Shown here in pieces: positions 42,469 to 50,839 of a DNA stretch of 64,000 nt. The first letter of the stretch is position 1, and each line of letters opens with the position of its first letter. The notes under the pieces were generated by a model. The model worked only from the letters and a program-made list of their open reading frames with translations, had not been told where the DNA came from and did no database searches. Source of the stretch: Vicinamibacterales bacterium (GTDB lineage: Bacteria; Acidobacteriota; Vicinamibacteria; Vicinamibacterales; CAVVIG01); NCBI GenBank assembly GCA_035315685.1, contig DATFXR010000233.1, forward strand, positions 4,203-68,202. The letters are read 5' to 3'. The position numbers were made by a program, and so were the translations under genes.

Positions 42469-44804
42469 GATGGAATGATCCCGATCGGCTGGCCCGGCCC
42501 GATGTCGTACCCCACCCACACGCCGAAGTAGGCGTCATAGCGCCCGGGCGGCAGCTCGAAGCTCGCCCAGGCGAGCTGGCCGGGTTTCCAGATCATCGGC
42601 GCGAGCGTCGGCACGATGTCGAGGTATTCGCGGCGATCGGCAACCGGGTACGCGTGCATCCACAGCCGGCGGCTCGTCGAGTCGACGTGCGGCGTGAAAT
42701 AGACGATCACCTGCGTGGCACCGCCAGCCAACGGGCGGTGGGTGACTCCTTCGACGATGAGCTCGCCGTTGCGCAGCCGTGCCCCGATACGGACGCCGCC
42801 TCCCGCCGCGATCGGACGCGTTGCGGCGTCGGGCGCGGCGCCGCCGCCCTCGACCGCGAGCCGGAGCAAAGCCGCCGGCTCGGCGAGATCCTGCCGCCGT
42901 TCGGCCTGCTGCAGCGTCGCGGCGACCGCGTCCGACTCGCGCCACGCCGCTGCGGACGGATTGCCTGCCGCTTCGTAGGCGAGCATGAACAGCGAATCCG
43001 GATCGTCGATCGACTGACCGCGTGCGATGCGCGACCAGAGCCGTGTCAGCGACGGGGTGTCGCTGCGGCCGACGAGCAGCCGCGGCGCTGCATCGCCGAG
43101 CGCTCGCAGCTCGACCGACTCGGGATATGACGCAACGGCCGACGCAAACAAATCGGCCGCGGCGGACGTCCTGCCCGCGTCCAGATAGCTCCTCACCTGA
43201 GCGTCGTAGTCGGCAGGGGTCATCTGCGAGTACAACGGCCGCACGACCGTCGCGACAGTCATGACGTTCGCGGCCACGACGCCGACGACCGGCGCAGTGA
43301 TCGAGACGCGCGTGATCGCCGGCCACGTCGCGGCAGCGGCGACCGCAGCCGCGACGAATGCGAAAGCCAATGGCAGGTCGCGGGTGACATCGACAAACCG
43401 CGCGACGTCGCCATAGTGGTGCGTCGCGATCGCCGCGCGCAGGACCGCTCCAGGCGACGCAAGCCACAGTGCCGCGGCCGCGGCGGCGACACACGCCAGC
43501 GCCGCGCTCACCGGGCGAGCATGATCGCGCGCGAATGCAATGAACCGTTCCAATCCGAGAACGAATCCAATCGTGAGCGGCCCGAGCATCGCGAACAGCC
43601 ACCGACCGTACCAGAGGTTGCGGCCGGCGACCGACGGCCCGTACAGAATCGGCAGGATCATCAGGCCCACGCCGATCGCCTGAAGCGCCCGCGCGCGCCG
43701 ACGACCCGCGTCGTCGTCGACGATCGCGAGAGCGCGCCGTACAGGCGTCAAGGTCCCGATCACCGCGAAGATCGTGAGGACGCCGATGAACGCAAACTGC
43801 CACGCCGGGAGCAGCAGACTCGGTTGGCCGAGCCAGCCCCAGAATCCGGTAAACAGCTTCGGCAGAAACTCGAACAGGTAGTACGCGAGGTCGGGCGGCG
43901 TCGTTCCGCGCCCGGGATCGGCCGCGAACAACGGGCGCAGCGGATGGCGGGCGGCCTGGAGCCAGGGGCCAAAGTCGGTGCCGGCCTCGGTGTGGCGCGT
44001 GAGGATGATCACGGCGGTCACCAACGGCAGGATGACTGCCACGGCCGCGGTCGCGCGGCCTTTCCACGATCGCTCGACGGCGATCAGGCTGATTGCCGCC
44101 CACGGCGCGAGAAACAGGGCTTGTCGATCGGCGAACGGCACGATCGCGATTCCGGCGAGCAGCGCCGACCACACCAGCCATCGCGGTGCGCGCTCGGTCG
44201 CACCGGCGACGACAACCAGCGTGACCGCGGCAGCGAGGAGACGCGTCGCTGCCTCCGGATGAACGACGGCGTTCACGAAGCTCGATTGCGGGATGCAGAT
44301 GCAGACCGCCGCCACCAGCAGGGCACGGCGCGCGTCACCCAGCGACAGCAGCGCAATCGCATAGATGATCGCCATCGTCGCCGCAGCGAGGAGCGCCGTC
44401 AGGACGCGCAGCGCGATCAGCGTGCGAACGTGCTCGCGCGGCGCGACGCTGCGATCGAGAACGAAACGATTGACCTCACCCCGCCGGTTGCCGACGAACT
44501 GGAACGCCGGGTTGTACCTGGGCTGAGGAAGGCCTGCGTCCGGCGACATCGCGCGAATGATCGGTCCGGCGAGCCGGAAGTACACGTTCTCGCGGCGCTC
44601 GGGTGTAGCCGCCAGCTGGCGCGCGCGGTTGTAGAAGAACAGCTCGTCGGGCCCTTCGAACGGCGGCACCGACACAATCCACAGCGTCGCCACGAGCATC
44701 GACAGCCCCGACACGAACAAAACGTCTCGGCGGATGCCTGAAGCGACGAGCGGGCGCATCGCGGTCACCGAGCCGGTGTCGTTCATTGCGAGGCTACCCA
44801 CCAT
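42465..44804 (-). CDS. Large GT-C-like membrane protein with a C-terminal soluble (TPR-like plus beta) region
   Basis: The first loop PPFEGPDELFFYNRARQLA (a DE motif as in ArnT/PMT/DUF2142-type enzymes), many TM helices, then a ~270-aa soluble tail. Alternative start at 44786. Confidence 0.5.
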   Translation of the reverse strand: MVGSLAMNDTGSVTAMRPLVASGIRRDVLFVSGLSMLVATLWIVSVPPFEGPDELFFYNRARQLAATPERRENVYFRLAGPIIRAMSPDAGLPQPRYNPAFQFVGNRRGEVNRFVLDRSVAPREHVRTLIALRVLTALLAAATMAIIYAIALLSLGDARRALLVAAVCICIPQSSFVNAVVHPEAATRLLAAAVTLVVVAGATERAPRWLVWSALLAGIAIVPFADRQALFLAPWAAISLIAVERSWKGRATAAVAVILPLVTAVIILTRHTEAGTDFGPWLQAARHPLRPLFAADPGRGTTPPDLAYYLFEFLPKLFTGFWGWLGQPSLLLPAWQFAFIGVLTIFAVIGTLTPVRRALAIVDDDAGRRRARALQAIGVGLMILPILYGPSVAGRNLWYGRWLFAMLGPLTIGFVLGLERFIAFARDHARPVSAALACVAAAAAALWLASPGAVLRAAIATHHYGDVARFVDVTRDLPLAFAFVAAAVAAAATWPAITRVSITAPVVGVVAANVMTVATVVRPLYSQMTPADYDAQVRSYLDAGRTSAAADLFASAVASYPESVELRALGDAAPRLLVGRSDTPSLTRLWSRIARGQSIDDPDSLFMLAYEAAGNPSAAAWRESDAVAATLQQAERRQDLAEPAALLRLAVEGGGAAPDAATRPIAAGGGVRIGARLRNGELIVEGVTHRPLAGGATQVIVYFTPHVDSTSRRLWMHAYPVADRREYLDIVPTLAPMIWKPGQLAWASFELPPGRYDAYFGVWVGYDIGPGQPIGIIPS

Positions 44805-46734
44805 TGCCCGCCGGTGTTGTCGCGACCGACCCTGGCACGAACCGCGTCGTCCGGCGCCAACCGGCGAGCAACTGCAGCCAGCGCTCGTAGGTCAGGAGCG
44901 CCCACAGTTGCGGACCGACGTTCGCGCGGCCGGAGAGGTGCTGGTCGACGAGCCGTTCCACGAACGAACCAGACAGCGAGTCACGGTATTTCGCATTCGG
45001 CGCACGCAGCACGTCTTGCACGTACTCGCGGAGCTGGCCGCGGAACCACGTTCCGAGCGGAACGCCAAACCCCATCTTCGGTCGGCGATCGATTTCCGGC
45101 GGTATGAGATCGGCGAACGCGTCCCGCAGAATTGCCTTCGAGACCGGGCCGCGCAGCTTGAACGTGTCAGGCAGCCGCGCGACGTATTCGACCAGCTCTC
45201 GATCGAGGAACGGGCTGCGCGCCTCGAGCGAGTTCGCCATCGTGGCGCGATCCGTCTTCACGAGCAGGTCGTCGGGCAGGTAGGTCGTGAAGTTCGAATA
45301 CAGCAACCGGCCGAGCGGCGACGCGTCGCACGGGGGCGCCTGGACACCGCGGCCTGCTACAGCGACCGCATCGAGGTGGACGTCAGTTCGAACCAGCGCG
45401 TTCAGCTCGTCGAAAAACACCGAGTTCCACATCGTCACGCGATCGTCGATCCGGAGACGCCGTGCGCGGACGAATCGCCGCAGCTCGGCGAGCCGGCTGC
45501 GCTCGTGGCGAGGGTGCGGCAACGCGGCCGTCAGCACATCTCCGGCCGCGGCCGCGAACGCCGGAATGCGCTCGGATACGAGCGCGGCCCGGAACCGGCG
45601 GTACCCTGCGAACACTTCGTCGCCGCCGTCGCCAGTCAGCGCGACGGTGACGTGCTGCCTGGCGAGCTGCGACACGAGATAGGTGGGAATCGCCGACGAA
45701 TCTCCAAACGGCCCGTCGTGGTGCCAGACCAGCGTGTCGACCAGGTCGACCGCCGACGGCGCGACCCGAAACTCGGTGTGCTCCGTCGAAAATGTCCTCG
45801 CCGCAATCCGGGCGTAGGCGGTTTCGTCATACGCCGAATCGCCCTCGAAGCCGATGCTGAAGGTCTTTACCGGGGCGCCGGTCAGCCGACTCATCACGCC
45901 GACGACGATCGTCGAGTCGAGGCCTCCGCTGAGGAAAGCGCCGAGCGGCACATCGCTGACGAGCCGCCGCTCCACCGCCCGCGTCACGAAATCGCGGACG
46001 GCGGCAGCCGCATCGCGCGCCGGGACATCGGGCACGTCACGGCGCGGCGGAAATTCGAGGCGCCAGTAGCGCCGCGATGCAGCGCGCCGGCGTGCATCGA
46101 TCGTCATCAGCGAGCCGGGCTCGATCTGTCGCACGCCCTTGTAAAAAGTCGACGGCCCGGGAACATATCCCCTGAGGAGGTAGTCGGGCAGCACGTCCGT
46201 ATCCACGTCCATCGCGATTTCCGGCAGCGCGAAGAACGCCTTCATCTCCGACGCAAATGCGAACAGCGATTCGGACTGGACGTAGAAGAGCGGTTTCTTT
46301 CCCGCGCGATCGCGGGCCAGCGTCAGGCAACGCTGTCGATCGTCCCAGATCGCGATCGCGAACATCCCGTCGAGCTCGGCGATGCAGTCGGCGCCACGCT
46401 CCTCGTACAGGTGCACGATCGTCTCGGTGTCGCTGTGCGATCGGAAGCGGTGGCCGCGCCCCTCGAGGCCACGCCGCAGCGCCATGAAGTTGTAGATCTC
46501 GCCGTTGAAGACGACGTGCACCGAGCCGTCTTCATTCGTCATCGGCTGGTTGGCGTGGGGTGACAGATCGATGATCCGCAGACGGCGAAATCCGAGGCCG
46601 GCGCGACCGTCCGGCGCAAGGTACGACCCGGCGCTGTCCGGTCCGCGGTGCGTCAGTTGATCGCGCATCACCGCGAGACGGCCGGCGTCAACCGGCGCTT
46701 CGTCGAAGCGGAGCTCGCCACAGATGCCGCACAT
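44794..46734 (-). CDS. asnB: Asparagine synthase (glutamine-hydrolysing), AsnB/WbpS-like amidotransferase
   Basis: Start at ATG 46734 (MCGICGELRF...). N-terminal nucleophile Cys2 and SGGLDSTIVV (the PP-loop motif). Confidence 0.85.
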   Translation of the reverse strand: MCGICGELRFDEAPVDAGRLAVMRDQLTHRGPDSAGSYLAPDGRAGLGFRRLRIIDLSPHANQPMTNEDGSVHVVFNGEIYNFMALRRGLEGRGHRFRSHSDTETIVHLYEERGADCIAELDGMFAIAIWDDRQRCLTLARDRAGKKPLFYVQSESLFAFASEMKAFFALPEIAMDVDTDVLPDYLLRGYVPGPSTFYKGVRQIEPGSLMTIDARRRAASRRYWRLEFPPRRDVPDVPARDAAAAVRDFVTRAVERRLVSDVPLGAFLSGGLDSTIVVGVMSRLTGAPVKTFSIGFEGDSAYDETAYARIAARTFSTEHTEFRVAPSAVDLVDTLVWHHDGPFGDSSAIPTYLVSQLARQHVTVALTGDGGDEVFAGYRRFRAALVSERIPAFAAAAGDVLTAALPHPRHERSRLAELRRFVRARRLRIDDRVTMWNSVFFDELNALVRTDVHLDAVAVAGRGVQAPPCDASPLGRLLYSNFTTYLPDDLLVKTDRATMANSLEARSPFLDRELVEYVARLPDTFKLRGPVSKAILRDAFADLIPPEIDRRPKMGFGVPLGTWFRGQLREYVQDVLRAPNAKYRDSLSGSFVERLVDQHLSGRANVGPQLWALLTYERWLQLLAGWRRTTRFVPGSVATTPAGNGG

Positions 46735-46783
46735 CAGCGCATCCCAGCCATCATCGCGTCCGCCGCGGGGCACCGCTCGGCGA

Positions 46784-48016
46784 TCATGCGAGCGCTCCAT
46801 ACGTCAGCAGGACCTGCTGCAGCCAGAGCAGCCACCGCATCGACCAGCGGGACGCGGCAGTGGCGGTCCGCGTCTCGAGGACGATGCTGTTGTTCGTCCG
46901 GTTCAAGTCCAGCAGCAGCCGCATCTCCGGATCGATCTCGGCGGCGGTCGCGCGCGCGGCGCTGCGATAGGTGAACGTCTTACGGCGATCGCGTCCGTCC
47001 CAGGTGTCGACGATGCGATCGCCATCCGTGAAGGTCGTGAGGATGGTCAGGCCGCGGCCGCTGTCGAACGGACCGGTGCGCGGCGACGCCGCGCCCGTGA
47101 ACTGGCCGGCGCCGCGGCGCTCGACCGTGACCACCGTGTCGAAGCGGCCGCCAGCTGCGGCATCGCTGTGCAGTTCGGCGACCGCGTAGTCGTAGGTCAC
47201 CGACTCGCTCAGCATCGGCGTGAGCATCCAGGACAGGTCCTGTCCCGCGGCAGACGAGGCGACGGCGGTGAAATCAGCGAGCACGACCGGCCGCGCATGC
47301 GCCTGTCGCGCGAACTCAGCCAGCGCGGCGTCGAACGCGGGGCGTCCGATCCAGCGGTCCAGTGTATTCAACGTGAGAAGGGCCTTGCCGTCGAGACTCG
47401 GATCTCCGTCTACACGGGCGGAACTCGGATCAACGCGCGGCTGCCGTCGGTACGCCGGCAACGCGTCAGCGGTGCCCGTGGCGTCGAGGCGGATGCGAAT
47501 CCGCCATGGCACGTAGCCGCCGAAGTAGCGCATGTCGAGCATGGCGAATCCCGGCGGCAGATTCGATCGCTGAAACAGCGGCGTGACTGCGCGCCGCGCG
47601 GTGTACTCAACCAGGCCGTCAACGAACCAGGCCGGAATCGAGGAAGCGCCGGTCGCCTCCGACCAGGCGTGCCGCGCGAGAGCGCGTGCCGCCGCCAGCT
47701 CGGAGACCATCGCCGTCGACGAGGACCACCAGGGCGTCGCCTCGAGGACGATCTGGTTGCGATCGGATGGTGTTGCACCGCTGCGCGGCGGATCGATCGC
47801 CGCAGTCTCGCCCCGCGGCGCGATGCCGAATGCCTCGAGCGTGCGCACGCATTCGATCGCCCCATCCAGGAAACGGCGTGCGTCGCGCGCGTGCTCGCCC
47901 CGCAGCACCATGCGAACCGGCACGCGCCGGTCCGCGCCCGTCACGACCGTGTCGCCGACGTCAGCGGATGTCGGACTGCAGCCAACAGGACCCGCGCACG
48001 CAAGCATCGTCATCAT
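46784..48016 (-). CDS. Secreted or lipoprotein-like protein resembling an M1-peptidase catalytic domain with degenerate zinc motif
   Basis: Start guessed at ATG 48016 (MMTMLACAGPVGCSP...). MVSELAAARALARHAW...WFVDGLVEYTA aligns by eye to HExxH...WLNEGFA, with the His and Glu ligands replaced. Confidence 0.4.
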   Translation of the reverse strand: MMTMLACAGPVGCSPTSADVGDTVVTGADRRVPVRMVLRGEHARDARRFLDGAIECVRTLEAFGIAPRGETAAIDPPRSGATPSDRNQIVLEATPWWSSSTAMVSELAAARALARHAWSEATGASSIPAWFVDGLVEYTARRAVTPLFQRSNLPPGFAMLDMRYFGGYVPWRIRIRLDATGTADALPAYRRQPRVDPSSARVDGDPSLDGKALLTLNTLDRWIGRPAFDAALAEFARQAHARPVVLADFTAVASSAAGQDLSWMLTPMLSESVTYDYAVAELHSDAAAGGRFDTVVTVERRGAGQFTGAASPRTGPFDSGRGLTILTTFTDGDRIVDTWDGRDRRKTFTYRSAARATAAEIDPEMRLLLDLNRTNNSIVLETRTATAASRWSMRWLLWLQQVLLTYGALA

Positions 48017-48033
48017 GGCCAGCGCAGAGCACG

Positions 48034-49749
48034 TTGATACAATCCCCGGAGGTGTCCTCGTCACGCGATGCTCGGTGGAACCGGCGCAGGTTTCTTCGAA
48101 CGGCGGCCGCCGGAGCCGTCGGCTTCTGGCAGAGCCAGCAGTGGTCTCTAGGAGCGCTCGATGCGGCGAGCCCACAGCTACTGTACAACGGGATCAGGCT
48201 GAGCAGCCCGTGGCCGCCGCGGTACCGGTCGCTGTCGGCGACGCCGATCACGCCGCCCTATCTGATCGCGCCACCGGCCGTGATTCCGATCGACGTCGGC
48301 AGGCAGCTGTTCGTCGACGACTTTCTCATCGAGCAGACATCGCTGTCGCGGACGTTTCACCGGGCTGAATACTACGGCGGCAACCCGGTCCTGCAACCGT
48401 CCACGGACTGGGAGAAGTTCGACGAATACGCCGTCAGGACGAAGAGCCGGCCGAATCCGGCGGCGATGCCGTTCAGCGACGGCGTCTTCTACGACCCGCG
48501 CGACCGCGTGTTCAAGATGTGGTACATGGGCGGCTACGGCCAGAACACGTGCTATGCCGTCTCGCACGACGGCATCGCCTGGGACAAACCGGCGCTCGAC
48601 GTCGTCGCCGGCACGAACATGGTGACTCACGGCGTCCGTGATTCGTCGACGGTGTGGCTCGACCTCGACGAGTCCGATCGCAGCCGCCGCTACAAGATGG
48701 CGCGTTGGTACGATCACTACATGGAGCTGCTGTCCTCGTCCGACGGCATCCATTGGCGCGAAATGGGCCGTACGGGGCTGACCGGCGATCGCACGACGTT
48801 TTTCTTCAATCCGTTCCGACGCGTGTGGGTCTACAGCCTGCGTGGCGAGAGCCTGCCGAACGGCATCGGCCGCCATCGGCGCTACTGGGAAACGCCTGAC
48901 CTCTTCGCCAACGTCGGCTGGGGACCGGAAGAGCCGCCAATGTGGGTCGGCGCCGACGGCGAGGATCCGCGGCGGGCCGACCTCGATCTGCCGTGCGAGC
49001 TGTACAACCTCGACTGCGTCGCGTACGAGAGCCTCGTGCTCGGCCTGTTCACCATCTTCCGCGGCGAGCGCAACGATCGCGAGAAGCCGAACGACCTGTG
49101 CGTCGGCTTCAGCCGCGACGGATTCCACTGGTCGCGGCCGGACCGCCGGCCGTTCCTGACCGTGTCGGAGCGCGTCGGCGCCTGGAACTGGGCCAACGTG
49201 CAGTCCGCTGGCGGCTGCTGCCTGGTTGTCGGCGATGAGCTGTATTTCTATGTCAGCGGCCGGCGCGGTCTGCCCGGCACCAATGAGCCCGGCGTGTGCA
49301 GCACCGGGCTCGCGAAATTGCGCCGTGACGGGTTCGTCTCGATGGATGCAGGTGGGCCAGCGCCCGCGGTCGAGCGCGTGTCGCCGGCGGTCGCGCCGGG
49401 GACGCTCACGACGCGGCCAGTCCGGTTCGACGGCCGCCACCTGTTCGCGAACGTCGATGCGTCCGCTGGAGAATTGCGCGTCGAGATGCTCGACGCCGAC
49501 GCGCGGCCGATTCCTGGATTCACGGCCGACGCGTGCGTGGCCGTCCGGATGAACAGCACGCATGCCCCGGTCACGTGGTCGGGCAGCGCGGACCTCGCCA
49601 GACTGTCCGGTGAAACGGTCCGCTTCCGCTTTCACCTGACGCGTGGAAGCCTCTACGCGTTCTGGGTGAGCGCGTCAACTCAGGGCGCCAGTGACGGCTA
49701 CCTCGGCGCCGGCGGCCCCGGATATTCCGGCGTCCGGGATCGGTCCTGA
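48034..49749 (+). CDS. Tat-signal beta-propeller glycoside-hydrolase-like protein
   Basis: Twin-arginine motif NRRRFLRTAAAGAVGF. Repeated S.DG..W blades (SHDGIAW, SSDGIHW, SRDGFHW). Start candidates: ATG 47968, TTG 48034, GTG 48052. Confidence 0.5.
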   Translation: MIQSPEVSSSRDARWNRRRFLRTAAAGAVGFWQSQQWSLGALDAASPQLLYNGIRLSSPWPPRYRSLSATPITPPYLIAPPAVIPIDVGRQLFVDDFLIEQTSLSRTFHRAEYYGGNPVLQPSTDWEKFDEYAVRTKSRPNPAAMPFSDGVFYDPRDRVFKMWYMGGYGQNTCYAVSHDGIAWDKPALDVVAGTNMVTHGVRDSSTVWLDLDESDRSRRYKMARWYDHYMELLSSSDGIHWREMGRTGLTGDRTTFFFNPFRRVWVYSLRGESLPNGIGRHRRYWETPDLFANVGWGPEEPPMWVGADGEDPRRADLDLPCELYNLDCVAYESLVLGLFTIFRGERNDREKPNDLCVGFSRDGFHWSRPDRRPFLTVSERVGAWNWANVQSAGGCCLVVGDELYFYVSGRRGLPGTNEPGVCSTGLAKLRRDGFVSMDAGGPAPAVERVSPAVAPGTLTTRPVRFDGRHLFANVDASAGELRVEMLDADARPIPGFTADACVAVRMNSTHAPVTWSGSADLARLSGETVRFRFHLTRGSLYAFWVSASTQGASDGYLGAGGPGYSGVRDRS

Positions 49750-49820
49750 CGAAGGAGTCGCCACGAAGGCACGCAGCTTGGTAACCAAGAAGAAGAGATT
49801 CTTCTCGTGTCTTCGTGGCG
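49748..49820. repeat. CACGAAG-family hairpin between convergent genes, copy 2
   Basis: GACGAAGGAGTCGCCACGAAGGCACG ... CGTGTCTTCGTGGCG, with the inner small stems CTTGG-TAA-CCAAG and AGAAG..CTTCT. Confidence 0.75.
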
Positions 49821-49824
49821 TGCT

Positions 49825-50820
49825 CTACGCGCTCGCAGTTGTCTGACCGCCGAATCCGGCGAGGCGGCGGCGGCTCGCGCCGTCGATGACGTCGAGGAAC
49901 ACCACCCAGAACGCGGCGAGCACGATCGGCAGCACTTCGCCGTAGATCCTCAGCTCGATGATGAACCCGACGAAGAACATGCCGGCGATGAAGACCGGCA
50001 CCGTCCACAGTGTCCTTCTCAGGAACGGATCGCGGATGCGCTTGTGCCAGATGACCACCGCCATCCACAGGCAGCCCCACGTCGCGAGCGCGATCACCGC
50101 CTTCAGCGGCCGCTCCACCAGCGTGGCGAGATTCACTTTCAGCTGGAACTGATAGAGGCCGTATCCCATCCAGCGATTGTCGGCGTAGATCACCCACAGC
50201 GCCGCTTTGATCGCCGTCCAGATCGCAATTTGCGATCCGGCGAGGAGCGCGAGCACTCGCGGCGATACGCGATCGAACAGCACGAACACGGTGACGACGG
50301 TGAGAAAGATGCTGGTCTCGCGATTGATGGTCGCCGCGACGAACAGCGGATAGAACCAGCGCCACTTCCGGTCGTAGATGAGCGGCAGGCCGAGCGTGAA
50401 GAACAGCACCGACGGGATATCGTACGGGTAGTACGGCAGGTTGAAGTAGTTGAACGGCAGCACGGCGAACAACGTCAGCGCTGCCGTCGAGCAGACGACG
50501 GAATCGGGAACGAACCGCGACAGATAGGCACGAAAGACCAAGGCCAGCAGGACGAGCGCGACCACCTGGATGACGGCGAACGCGATCATCTGCGTGTTGG
50601 CGTCGACCACGTGCGCGAACAGCAGGCCACGGACCATCAGTGGTACGAGAACGCGGTACTGGTACGGCGTGGACGCAGTGCCGGCGACCAGCGACTCGGG
50701 AGAATCGAGGCCGTGATCCGGCGGCGGAATACACACGCGCAGCTCGTACGGCACGGTGTGCAGCGAGAGCACCACCGCCGCCGCCAGAAATACCAGGTCG
50801 GTTCGTGTGGCCTTCGTCAA
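49825..50820 (-). CDS. Polytopic membrane protein, unknown family
   Basis: 331 aa with 8-9 hydrophobic helices. It is the last gene of the GT-C/GT2/WecA-like operon. Confidence 0.55.
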   Translation of the reverse strand: MTKATRTDLVFLAAAVVLSLHTVPYELRVCIPPPDHGLDSPESLVAGTASTPYQYRVLVPLMVRGLLFAHVVDANTQMIAFAVIQVVALVLLALVFRAYLSRFVPDSVVCSTAALTLFAVLPFNYFNLPYYPYDIPSVLFFTLGLPLIYDRKWRWFYPLFVAATINRETSIFLTVVTVFVLFDRVSPRVLALLAGSQIAIWTAIKAALWVIYADNRWMGYGLYQFQLKVNLATLVERPLKAVIALATWGCLWMAVVIWHKRIRDPFLRRTLWTVPVFIAGMFFVGFIIELRIYGEVLPIVLAAFWVVFLDVIDGASRRRLAGFGGQTTASA

Positions 50821-50839
50821 CGGCGCATCACGAGCGGGT

